Source: an uncultured Candidatus Saccharibacteria bacterium
Lineage (GTDB): Bacteria > Patescibacteriota > Minisyncoccia > Phycocordibacterales > UBA9973
Assembly (NCBI GenBank): GCA_964532495.1
Contig: CAZHJZ010000003.1
Span: forward strand, 67,747-131,746
Length of the DNA stretch: 64,000 nucleotides
Direction of reading: 5' to 3'
The first letter of the stretch is position 1. Each line of letters opens with the position of its first letter. The translations under genes were made by a program, and so were the position numbers. Positions 9,562-18,680 of the stretch are shown in pieces. Under the pieces are notes generated by a model. The model had not been told where the DNA came from, did no database searches, and saw only the letters and a program-made list of their open reading frames with translations.

Positions 9562-10137
9562 ATGAAAACAATCATCGATGTGAGTACCGACCAGGAAGTG
9601 CTTATCAATCAGGATAGTTTGCCTCTTATGATCCACGGACAGGATCGTTCGGGTGCGTCGTTCTTTACTATCTCGCTAGCCGCTCAGTTTCACGCTGCCG
9701 GAAACAAGCTGCTTATCTTCACTGCCTTTCAAATGGCAAAAGAAGAATTTTTGAATCAAGTTGCGGAGACAGTAGACAAAGTGTTTTATCTGGAATCCGA
9801 AAACGATTTTGAAAAAGCAAAAGAATTTCAGACCATCTATGTTCAAAGCGGCAATGTTGATCTGTTTATGAAAATACTTTCGCAAGCAACTGACAGAATT
9901 GTGTTTGTAAAAAATATAGAATCGATTGATCAGGATATTTTTACTGAACTATCGAGACACCCATTTATTGTTTCTGGTGACGTAGAAGTGAATCCAAAAC
10001 AAAAAGTTTTTCTTGATCATGCATATGCAACAAAAATACTCTTCTCCTCTCTTCCTGATGTAACCCTTCCCGCGTTGGCTAAATACCAGGCTTTCCTTCA
10101 AACAAAAAGCGCCGAACACATTATTGCTCTAAATTAA
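9562..10137 (+). CDS. hypothetical protein with degenerate RecA/KaiC-like P-loop
   Basis: LMIHGQDRSGASFFTISLAAQ resembles Walker A (GxxxxGK[ST]) but lacks the Lys/Thr; DRIVFV Walker-B-like hydrophobic-Asp; 7 nt upstream of the next gene. Confidence 0.4.
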   Translation: MKTIIDVSTDQEVLINQDSLPLMIHGQDRSGASFFTISLAAQFHAAGNKLLIFTAFQMAKEEFLNQVAETVDKVFYLESENDFEKAKEFQTIYVQSGNVDLFMKILSQATDRIVFVKNIESIDQDIFTELSRHPFIVSGDVEVNPKQKVFLDHAYATKILFSSLPDVTLPALAKYQAFLQTKSAEHIIALN

Positions 10138-10143
10138 TATCAT

Positions 10144-11895
10144 ATGAATCAAAACTGTCAGGACTGTAAAAAAGAATTTGTGATTGATGCTGAAGACCAA
10201 TCATTTTACGAACGAATGAAAGTCCCCGCTCCGACATTTTGCCCATCATGCCGATGGAAGCGTCGCGCAGCGTATCGTAACGAAGGGAAACTATTTCGAG
10301 TACAGAATGCTTTCACTGGAGAAACTATTTTTTCATTGTTCCCGCCCGAAGCTGGATTGAAAGTCGTAACGCAGGAACAATGGTTCTCAGATTCATGGAA
10401 CGCCATGGACTACGGCCGCGACTATGATTTCTCCCGAAACTTTTTCGAGCAGCTGTTTGAGTTGTACAAAGACGTGCCTGTCTATAACCTGAACGTAAAG
10501 CAGATGATCAACAGCCCATACTCCGCTAACGCTTCATTTCAAAAGAACTGCTACCTTGTTTTTAATGCTAGTGAAAATGAAAATTGCATGTACGGCAATG
10601 GAGTGGATTTTTGTCGCGACTGCGTTGATGCCTCCTGCATCAATCATTGCGAACGGTGCTACGAAGGATTCTGGCTAGAGAATTGTTACAAGTGCCACTT
10701 CACCATCTTGAGCGTAGATTGCCAGAATGTCTTGTTCTCTCGCGACTGTCTGGGATGCACGGACTGCTTTGGCTGCACCAACCTCCGAAAGTCGTCTTAC
10801 TGTATTTTCAACCAGCAGTATTCCAAAGAGGAATATGAGGCCAAGATCGCAGAAATGCGGTTGGATACTCATGAAGGAGTAACTGCTGCTCGGCAGGCCG
10901 CCCGCGCCTTCTGGAAAACTCAGCCCAACAAATACCACCAAGGTCTCAAGAATGTGAACTCCACTGGTTCATATGTTTCACACTCCAAAAATGTCCGTGA
11001 CAGCTACCTTGTCCGAGAGAGTGAGAACATGCGCTACTGTCAGAACATGCTCGTTCCAGCCAACAAAGACTGCTACGATACTTCATTTTGGGGAGAAAAG
11101 ACGGAGTTGAACTATGAAACAAGCGTTTGTGGAGAGAACTCGTACAACCTGAAATTCTCATGGGACTGCTGGCCGAATGTGCGTGAAACTGAGTATTCAA
11201 TGCATTTGAAGTCTTCCTCCGACTGTTTTGGGTGTGTTGGCATGAAGAAAGCCCAGTACTGTATCTTGAACAAGCAGTACACCAAGGAAGAATACGAAAA
11301 ACTTGTTTCACGGATAAAGGAACAGATGAATGAGATGCCATATATCGGACATGATGGTTCCGTGTATCGCTATGGCGAGTTCTTCCCTATCGACCTTGTT
11401 CCGTTCGGCTACAACAATTCCCTGGCCCAAGAATATTTTGAGATCACTATAGAAGCCGCAGAGAGAAAAGGCTACCCTTGGATCGAAGTAGATCGCGGCG
11501 ACTATGCGATCACCCTAAAAGCATCCGAACTTCCCTCTTCTATAGATGAGGTGTCGGATACCATCCTCAAGGACATTATCGAATGTGAAACATGCGGTTA
11601 TGCCTTCCGTATCATGCCTGAAGAGCTGACATTCCTCCGCAAAGAAGACCTCCCGCTTCCCCGTTCGTGCAATAATTGCCGCCACAAGCAAAGATTGCTC
11701 GACCGACTTCCCGCAGATCTGCATGAAACACATTGTATGTGTGCTGGAGAAAAAGATGCCACAAATCAGTATCAAAACTCAGTTTCACACCCGCATGGAA
11801 GCGTGCCGTGCCGTGAAAGCTTTCAAACAGGATACTCACCGACCTCGGGGGCGATCGTGTACTGCGAAAGTTGCTATCAGCAAGAGACGGTTTAA
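10144..11895 (+). CDS. cysteine-rich protein with N- and C-terminal zinc-ribbon modules (paralog A)
   Basis: N-term CQDC-x24-CPSCRWKRR..RNE; C-term CETCG-x24-CNNCRHKQR; central run of ~9-12-residue Cys-pair repeats; no signal peptide. Confidence 0.6.
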   Translation: MNQNCQDCKKEFVIDAEDQSFYERMKVPAPTFCPSCRWKRRAAYRNEGKLFRVQNAFTGETIFSLFPPEAGLKVVTQEQWFSDSWNAMDYGRDYDFSRNFFEQLFELYKDVPVYNLNVKQMINSPYSANASFQKNCYLVFNASENENCMYGNGVDFCRDCVDASCINHCERCYEGFWLENCYKCHFTILSVDCQNVLFSRDCLGCTDCFGCTNLRKSSYCIFNQQYSKEEYEAKIAEMRLDTHEGVTAARQAARAFWKTQPNKYHQGLKNVNSTGSYVSHSKNVRDSYLVRESENMRYCQNMLVPANKDCYDTSFWGEKTELNYETSVCGENSYNLKFSWDCWPNVRETEYSMHLKSSSDCFGCVGMKKAQYCILNKQYTKEEYEKLVSRIKEQMNEMPYIGHDGSVYRYGEFFPIDLVPFGYNNSLAQEYFEITIEAAERKGYPWIEVDRGDYAITLKASELPSSIDEVSDTILKDIIECETCGYAFRIMPEELTFLRKEDLPLPRSCNNCRHKQRLLDRLPADLHETHCMCAGEKDATNQYQNSVSHPHGSVPCRESFQTGYSPTSGAIVYCESCYQQETV

Positions 11896-11952
11896 TAAAA
11901 TAAGAGCGATGCTGCGTAGCAGCATCGCTCTTTTGTATATACTTCTGTCGTT

Positions 11953-12582
11953 TCACGAACTTTGTTTAATTCTAATTATCTCAAATGTGTAGGTGCCAAG
12001 GAATTCTTTTTTGTAAGAGAGTGAAACCTCAAGGCGTACTCCAGCGGGGATGCCTTTCTGCTGTTTCTCGCTAATCAAAAAATCATAGAGCTCCTGTTCC
12101 TTTAGGCTGATAATGGCCTTTAGAGTGTCCAGTCTATCGGACAAAATGTCCTTTTTGTTATTTGCAGTCTCTATCAGTGACCAGGTAAGGGTAGCTAAGG
12201 CTGACAGCGAATCCGATCTGGTTCCATATTCTTCTATGAGCTTAAGCACCTCATTCTCCTGAATGCCGGATTCTGATAAAAGTGCCACTGAGTCATTGTA
12301 AAGATTTGCATACCCGGTGTACCTCTTTGTGGTTGCCATCAGTTCAGTCACTACTGTTTTTACTGATTCCAAGGATTGCTCCGTAGTATCTTTTTGAAAG
12401 TAGAGGCGCACCAATTCATTTTTATAGATATTCCAATACTCTTTTTGTATGGAATTAAGAACAATGGGCCGTTTCAGTACCGTGTCATGGTTGGCCGCAG
12501 CGGATTGCTTTTGGAAAGTTTGTGCATACGGGGCAGTCAAAAAGGCGCAGGCAGTCAGCAAAAGTAGGATTCGTTTCTTCAT
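11953..12582 (-). CDS. secreted hypothetical protein
   Basis: Signal peptide MKKRILLLLTACAFLTAPYAQ; start chosen at internal Met of ORF 11953..12642. Confidence 0.45.
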   Translation of the reverse strand: MKKRILLLLTACAFLTAPYAQTFQKQSAAANHDTVLKRPIVLNSIQKEYWNIYKNELVRLYFQKDTTEQSLESVKTVVTELMATTKRYTGYANLYNDSVALLSESGIQENEVLKLIEEYGTRSDSLSALATLTWSLIETANNKKDILSDRLDTLKAIISLKEQELYDFLISEKQQKGIPAGVRLEVSLSYKKEFLGTYTFEIIRIKQSS

Positions 12583-12688
12583 GGTAAATAATTTTTTTTT
12601 CTTTACTTTGCCCTTTTTCCCAGCGTAAGTCAACCATGACATATTGACATAAAATCTTTATGAAGATATTCTCAAGAAAAACTAAAGA

Positions 12689-13165
12689 ATGACTAACAAC
12701 CGAAAAACCCACAGTGCCGCTGTAAAAGTCCTCCCTATTTGGTACACATACCGAGTGCAGATCGCCCTTGAACTTTCCAGGCTTCGCTTCCGGCCAGACT
12801 TTGTTGACCGAGTACTTGAATTTAAAGAGAAATTCGCCGGTACGACAAAATGGCTTATAAGTCAGGAACCTGATGAAGAAACGTATTCGGCACCCGAGAC
12901 ATCTTCCGCATGGGGAAAACATTTACGCCGCTGGCAAAAAAAACTATTGAACGAGAAAAAGAAATTGTTCAAATCATGCCCCGTTTTCTCTGACGCGCAG
13001 TGGGGTGACGATAAAGAGATATTATTCACTATGCTCTTCATGAGCATAACAAGCGAACTCAATTCGCTTGAAAAACCAGAAATTCCTTTTATCCAGCAAT
13101 TCAAAAAAATAAACAAAAGCAAGGCAAAGAAAAAGAAAAAGCGCAAAAACAAATCCCGGACCTAA
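12689..13165 (+). CDS. hypothetical protein with highly basic C-terminal tail
   Basis: 158-aa ORF ending KSKAKKKKKRKNKSRT; terminator overlaps its stop. Confidence 0.35.
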   Translation: MTNNRKTHSAAVKVLPIWYTYRVQIALELSRLRFRPDFVDRVLEFKEKFAGTTKWLISQEPDEETYSAPETSSAWGKHLRRWQKKLLNEKKKLFKSCPVFSDAQWGDDKEILFTMLFMSITSELNSLEKPEIPFIQQFKKINKSKAKKKKKRKNKSRT

Positions 13166-13185
13166 GGCCCGGGATTTTATTTTTG
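13153..13185. terminator. bidirectional terminator between convergent genes
   Basis: atcccgg..ccgggat hairpin with a T run. Confidence 0.6.
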
Positions 13186-13189
13186 ATCG

Positions 13190-14869
13190 CTATTGAATTT
13201 CCTGCTGATAGCAAGGCTCGCAATATACCTGCTCTGTTCGTTCTGGTGCATAGCTTGTCTCAAATTGATTGGAGCAGCTGCCACCCTGGTGACCGATATG
13301 TTCTTTGATAGTGCACATGCATGATCGCTTCCAGAGTTCGCGCGGCGTTCGTTTTTCCATTCGAGCTTTGTGTCGGCACTCGAAATCTTTATGCGGGATC
13401 GGCAGATGCATTCTCTTGTAGAAGTCGAGTTCAGCTTTGATCAGACGATAATTTTTACCGCAATCACTGCAAGTAAAGATATCTTGTAGAATCGAATCAG
13501 CAACTCCCTCTATCGTTTTTGGCATATCCGCTTCTTTCATTGTTTCTTTGCCGAATGTACCAGTGTTTGATTCTCGCCAACTAAATCCTTGAGCGAGTGC
13601 TTGTTCCTTTTCCATTGGGAAAAAGTCATGAGCCAAAGTCTCGTTGTAGCCGAAAGGTGCGATATCCGGCGGGAAGAACTGACCATAATTTTTGTCAGTT
13701 TTAAGTTGGTCTTCAATGTTACTTCGCAGTTCAAGATAGTCTTCTTTTGAATATTCTTTATTCAAAATCATATATGACCCTTTTCTGACGGCAATACATC
13801 CAAGAGCGTTAGATAGGTGGTGGCAACTTTCACAATATTCAACTTCGTTGCAGTAAAAGACAAAAGCGGAATTTTTTAATCTGCTCCCCTCCAGCGCTCC
13901 CATGATGTTGTAACCGAAAGAAGGCTTGTAGTAGTAGTTGTTGCAATCCATGCTGTCGGTCGGGCTTTCGGTGTCAGTCATATACGAACAATTTTTTGCA
14001 TCGTATGTATCGTAGAGTAATACCCCATCATGACAGTTGTACAGATAATTCCCAGTAACGTTGTTGCACTTTACTTGTGAGGCGAATTTTCTTATAGCTT
14101 GGCTTTTCAATATCTCAAATTCTTTTTTTGCCTCCTCGATACTTTCAAAGCTTGAAAGTATTTCTTTCTTCTTCTTTTCAAATTCTTCCTTAGAATATTT
14201 TACATTAAGTATCGCATTGGATACATGTCTCCCATTTGTAGAGAAAATACAGTTCTGGCTGTCTCGCATGTTGTAACAAAAGAGAAGATCGCTTGAAGAT
14301 TGGCATTGTTCAGAAAACATGCAGTTAAAACACTGTCTGCAATCAATACACTCATAACACAATTCAGATTCATGTAGAAAGGCGCAATCTACGCATTGCT
14401 TGTCGCGCTGAAGCAATCTTCCGTAAAGACAATCTTCATTGTAATCTGCGGCAAAAATAAGATAGCAGTCTTTGTTTTCTGCCGAGCCGTTTGTGTAGTC
14501 GCTCCGAACATTATTAAAGGCCATAAGGCTTAGTCGAGGAACTTTCTGTTGCAAGCTTTTATATTGTTCAAAAAAAGGCTTAGTTAGATCATAGTCTACG
14601 CCATAATCTTTGGGATCCCATTTATCACTCCACCAGCACTCATGACAGTACACAGTATATGGCGAGCTTGGCGAATAAACAGAAATCATATCTTTCTTAC
14701 AAAGATCGCAGGGTCGTTTGTAGAAAGTTCGTTCATTTCTGAAAACCAGCCGTTGTTTCATTCGACAATCCGGACAGTGTATAGGTTCCGCGACTTTCAT
14801 TTGCGTATAAAAAACCTGATCTTCAGGACGGATTTCAAATTGTGCGCTGCAAGTTTTACAGGTGGTCAT
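13190..14869 (-). CDS. cysteine-rich protein with N- and C-terminal zinc-ribbon modules (paralog B)
   Basis: N-term CKTC-x24-CPDCRMKQR..RNE; C-term CSDCG-x~24-CRHKARM; same architecture and Cys-repeat core as 10144..11895. Confidence 0.6.
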   Translation of the reverse strand: MTTCKTCSAQFEIRPEDQVFYTQMKVAEPIHCPDCRMKQRLVFRNERTFYKRPCDLCKKDMISVYSPSSPYTVYCHECWWSDKWDPKDYGVDYDLTKPFFEQYKSLQQKVPRLSLMAFNNVRSDYTNGSAENKDCYLIFAADYNEDCLYGRLLQRDKQCVDCAFLHESELCYECIDCRQCFNCMFSEQCQSSSDLLFCYNMRDSQNCIFSTNGRHVSNAILNVKYSKEEFEKKKKEILSSFESIEEAKKEFEILKSQAIRKFASQVKCNNVTGNYLYNCHDGVLLYDTYDAKNCSYMTDTESPTDSMDCNNYYYKPSFGYNIMGALEGSRLKNSAFVFYCNEVEYCESCHHLSNALGCIAVRKGSYMILNKEYSKEDYLELRSNIEDQLKTDKNYGQFFPPDIAPFGYNETLAHDFFPMEKEQALAQGFSWRESNTGTFGKETMKEADMPKTIEGVADSILQDIFTCSDCGKNYRLIKAELDFYKRMHLPIPHKDFECRHKARMEKRTPRELWKRSCMCTIKEHIGHQGGSCSNQFETSYAPERTEQVYCEPCYQQEIQ

Positions 14870-15261
14870 AATTATTTAGTATAACTTATATATCATTAAC
14901 TCTATAAAGCAGATAAGATGTGTGCACCAACTTCTCTACTTTAAAAGCCAATGCTTGGCTAATGTAGCTCAGTTCGACCATTTCTCGGAGGAAAGATGGC
15001 CACTACTACCCATAAAATCACGATAATGAAAATTATGATGGCGACTATTTTCATAAGGGATGTGTTACGTGTTAAATAGTTCATCTATTCGACAGACAGA
15101 TAAACTAACACAAGACTAGTATAGCAGATCCAAATTTATATGTCAATAGATATCGTCAATTTAACTTCAGAAATAAGCCTAAAAATAAGGTGATTTGCAC
15201 TAAAAAAGAATTTTGTGGAAGAATATTGACACAAATACCCTCCATAAAGTATACTTAAAAC

Positions 15262-16044
15262 ATGAAAAAAGACGATGTGAAACTCAAAAATGCCCTAGTT
15301 GAAATAGGTCTTTCTGATAAAGAAGCCGGAGTATATTTAGGGCTCCTGGAATTGGGTCGCGGCACTGTTTCTCAGATTTCTCGCAAAGCGAATATTAATC
15401 GTACAACCGGCTACGATATTTTGGATACATTAGCGCAAAAGGGTTTGGTGAGTATTTCTGGAAAAGAACCAAAACAAGAATATACTGCTGAGTCCCCCGA
15501 AAACTTGAGTACCTTTATCGCGCATGAAATCCAAACAAAGCATGAAGCACTTCGAAAAACAGAAAGCTTGATTCCTGAATTGAAATCTCTTCACAATGTA
15601 ACCGATAGACCCCGAGTAAGATTTTATGAAGGAATCGAAGGACTTACTCAGGTATATGAGGACACACTCACCTCTCATGAAACGATCCGCGCCTTTGCAA
15701 CAGTAGATGACATGCATGCCGCGCTGCCCAATTATTTTCCAAAATACTATAAGCGGCGAGCAAGTGCCGGCATTGAAATACGGGCGATCATACCTTCTAC
15801 TGAGATCGGAAAGGAACGTGCATTGCGTGATAAAGAGGAAGCTCGCGAAAGTGCTCTCGTGCCAGCGGATAAGTTTTACTTTTCTCCTGAGATCAACGTC
15901 TATGACAACAAAGTAATGATCGCTTCGTGGAGAGAAAAGCTCGGCATCATTATCGAATCAAGCGAGGTTGCCGATGCTATGAAAAAGATATACGAGCTTG
16001 CGTGGGCTGAAGCAAAACGACTCGATCGAGATATTCGACAATAA
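15262..16044 (+). CDS. TrmB-family transcriptional regulator (paralog 2)
   Basis: wHTH LSDKEAGVYLGLLELGRGTVSQISRKANINRTTGYDILDTLAQKGLV; same domain order as 7935..8693. Confidence 0.7.
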   Translation: MKKDDVKLKNALVEIGLSDKEAGVYLGLLELGRGTVSQISRKANINRTTGYDILDTLAQKGLVSISGKEPKQEYTAESPENLSTFIAHEIQTKHEALRKTESLIPELKSLHNVTDRPRVRFYEGIEGLTQVYEDTLTSHETIRAFATVDDMHAALPNYFPKYYKRRASAGIEIRAIIPSTEIGKERALRDKEEARESALVPADKFYFSPEINVYDNKVMIASWREKLGIIIESSEVADAMKKIYELAWAEAKRLDRDIRQ

Positions 16045-16069
16045 ATCAAAGTAATAATATACTTTATGT

Positions 16070-16486
16070 ATGGAAGGATCATTTCGCCAAGGTGCACAAA
16101 AACCAAACTCATCCCGAGAGATGTCGCAAGCGGAAGCGCACAAAAAATTTATTGCCGAACATATTGCTAAGGAAGGCATCCAAGGCACTATCTTAGGAAT
16201 GCATGATTATCGTTCTGATTTGCGAGAACTTGGATCTCACTTCTCCAAAAAAACGCCGCAAGAATTCTTTGAGCACATCAAAGCTCACCCCGTCCGATCA
16301 TTTAAGGATTATTTTAGAAATGTGGTTGCTACAAATTCAGATCTCCATAGAAAGATCCTCAATGATATGGCTCTTTATCCTGGCATCGTAAATAGATTCG
16401 AAGGAAATATTTTAATGCTTAATCAGGCCAAGACCCCAGAAGAAGCACGGTATCAATTTGAAGAGCTCAAGAACTTTTTCTTATAA
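16070..16486 (+). CDS. hypothetical protein
   Basis: 138-aa ORF immediately downstream of the TrmB paralog; no recognisable motif. Confidence 0.35.
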   Translation: MEGSFRQGAQKPNSSREMSQAEAHKKFIAEHIAKEGIQGTILGMHDYRSDLRELGSHFSKKTPQEFFEHIKAHPVRSFKDYFRNVVATNSDLHRKILNDMALYPGIVNRFEGNILMLNQAKTPEEARYQFEELKNFFL

Positions 16487-16532
16487 TTGACTCGCACCAT
16501 GCCTTGTAGTAGGCTTTAAAAAAAGTTCTACT

Positions 16533-17057
16533 ATGATAACAAATTTTACAATCAAACGAGTTATTGGCACCCTTACCCTCGAAGATGTTTCTTCTATCTG
16601 CTTTCAGCTTGGAGGAAAAGCAAGTTCGGTTTCATATTTTTGGGACATGGAAAATACCATTGCTTCCGGGGATTTCAGAGTTGAAATTAGCCGAAAGCAA
16701 TTGCTATCGCTATCAGGATGCAAAGTGCATTTTGTTACTGAGAGTACAAAACTCTCACACAGCGTTGATGAGAAATTCAATTTCTTGTGCATTGTTGTTC
16801 AGCAGCCAAACAAAAAAATTCATTGCGTAAACTCTAAAGATCTTGAATTCAAGAAGCATATCGATCTTGCCCCTCCCTATGACAAGTCTGTGCCCGTGTT
16901 GCTTATGTTTGAAGTACCGTGCGGACGCGACATTGACTATCTTTTTTTGATTGAGCCGCATGACGATGTAACTTCTCTTTCGTTTGAAGAAACAGACAAG
17001 ATACCAACACCGGTAGTTTTATCGAGTGAAGAAGAATTTGGATTTTCATACAGCTAG
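16533..17057 (+). CDS. hypothetical protein
   Basis: 174-aa ORF followed by a strong terminator. Confidence 0.35.
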   Translation: MITNFTIKRVIGTLTLEDVSSICFQLGGKASSVSYFWDMENTIASGDFRVEISRKQLLSLSGCKVHFVTESTKLSHSVDEKFNFLCIVVQQPNKKIHCVNSKDLEFKKHIDLAPPYDKSVPVLLMFEVPCGRDIDYLFLIEPHDDVTSLSFEETDKIPTPVVLSSEEEFGFSYS

Positions 17058-17078
17058 CATTTTATATTTAGGTATAGC

Positions 17079-17110
17079 AAAAGCCCGGTCTAAAACCGGG
17101 CTTTTTTATT
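17079..17110. terminator. bidirectional rho-independent terminator
   Basis: aaaagcccggt-ctaaa-accgggctttttt. Confidence 0.8.
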
Positions 17111-17114
17111 GCTG

Positions 17115-17609
17115 CTATTCTTTTGGCATTGGGTCCATTCCCGCCCACAAGTTCATTGTGTTGAGATGGGTCTGCCCCGTCATTTTCAAATACATGAAGA
17201 GCTGGAGCTTGTAAGCTGACGCCCATTTGATCGGGCCGTTCAAGAGGTGGAGCGCGCGAGTCTGCTTGCGTCCGAAGATTTCTACTTCTTCGTTGAGGTC
17301 ATCCTCTGACATTTCACCCACTACTTTTCTAAAATAATCCTCTTCTTTTTTCATGTGTTCGTTAAAGTTTTCAAGCGTCACTACGGACTGTTCATGTTTC
17401 CATTCTGTATCAGGAGTGCTTGTTCCCTGTTTGATGCTGTCTACTGCGTATCCGAATATTGTTGTAAGGAAATGCATGAGTTCGTGCATCGAGCGCTGTT
17501 TCGGGGTCGGTCGGAATTCGAATGTGTCAGCCTGCACTTTGCTTCCAAGATGGCGGATAACGTTAAATTCAAAACAGACTGAGTCGATATATTGTTGCTT
17601 AGTGATCAT
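17115..17609 (-). CDS. DinB/YfiT-like four-helix-bundle protein (putative)
   Basis: ~160 aa with spaced His residues (HLGSK, HELMHFL, HLLNGP) reminiscent of the DinB_2 family; weak. Confidence 0.3.
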   Translation of the reverse strand: MITKQQYIDSVCFEFNVIRHLGSKVQADTFEFRPTPKQRSMHELMHFLTTIFGYAVDSIKQGTSTPDTEWKHEQSVVTLENFNEHMKKEEDYFRKVVGEMSEDDLNEEVEIFGRKQTRALHLLNGPIKWASAYKLQLFMYLKMTGQTHLNTMNLWAGMDPMPKE

Positions 17610-17703
17610 AATGATTAATTAGCTGATTAATGGATGGAGTATAGCAAATATGCACACAAACAAAAAACCATCCTTGCGGATGGTTTTTTGTTTGTCAGAT
17701 CGC

Positions 17704-17901
17704 TTACGCGCGCTGAACGTTTACTGCGCTCAATCCTTTCGGTGAGTCTTCTGTTTCGAATGAAACTGCATCGCCTTCGCGGAGTTCATCAAAAGTTACA
17801 CCAACGAGAGAGTTTGAGTGGAAGAACAAGTCCTTCGCCATTCCTTCTGCAGTGATGAAACCGAAACCTTTGTCAGTAATCTTTTTGATTGTACCTTTCA
17901 T
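17704..17901 (-). CDS. cspA: cold-shock protein CspA family
   Basis: MKGTIKKITDKGFGFITAEG...VNVQ; RNP1 motif KGFGFI; start trimmed to MKGT. Confidence 0.85.
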   Translation of the reverse strand: MKGTIKKITDKGFGFITAEGMAKDLFFHSNSLVGVTFDELREGDAVSFETEDSPKGLSAVNVQRA

Positions 17902-18115
17902 AGTTTTAGTTTGATTTGTTGATAATGTCCAAAAATAAAATAAGAAATTCGACTTCCTACGCGCACTAACTTTTGTGTACATTCATTATAGCACACTTGC
18001 TTTTAAATGTACACTATATGGGATACGGAGCAGTTTCTCCTCGGAAGATGAGAGTTTTTGAAATTATAGTTGACTTGTCCTCTCTACATGCTACTTTTGA
18101 AGAAAACCTACAACT

Positions 18116-18643
18116 ATGTTCTTAAAACCGTATATCCATTTCCCCTACTCGAACGATTTTACCGAAATTAAGATAGAAGAAATATGTGAAGCACTGGGAG
18201 GAAACGTTAAAACGCTTTCCTGCTCATATACAAACGAAAAAGAAATTGAGCATGCAAGCTTTGCTGTCAGCCTTAAGCAAAAGGAGTACGAACTTATTTC
18301 TGGTGATTGTACGAAGTTCATGCATGTGAGCCCGCTGTGCCGTCCCCTATATGAACGCAATATGCTTGTAGAGTTTACCTGCATCGTTACCCTTTCTTCA
18401 TATTCACGCATGCTCCTCATTCATGATGCCATGCCTGGAAAAGACGGTTTGATAACGAAGTCAGTAGCTTTATATAGCGGCAAGCCCCATCTTTCATTTT
18501 TTGAAAACAAACGCGGACATTCCTTCAACTATCATTTCTACTTGCCGGACTCTAAGCCCCGAGTTGAAGTAACAGTCTTTAAATTTACACCGATACCACA
18601 AAATAAAATACGAACGAGTTCAGATGAATTTTCTGATAATTAA
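18116..18643 (+). CDS. hypothetical protein
   Basis: 175-aa ORF with no recognisable motif. Confidence 0.35.
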   Translation: MFLKPYIHFPYSNDFTEIKIEEICEALGGNVKTLSCSYTNEKEIEHASFAVSLKQKEYELISGDCTKFMHVSPLCRPLYERNMLVEFTCIVTLSSYSRMLLIHDAMPGKDGLITKSVALYSGKPHLSFFENKRGHSFNYHFYLPDSKPRVEVTVFKFTPIPQNKIRTSSDEFSDN

Positions 18644-18680
18644 AAAAAGCGCCTTCTCGACATACTGAGAAGGCGTTCCT

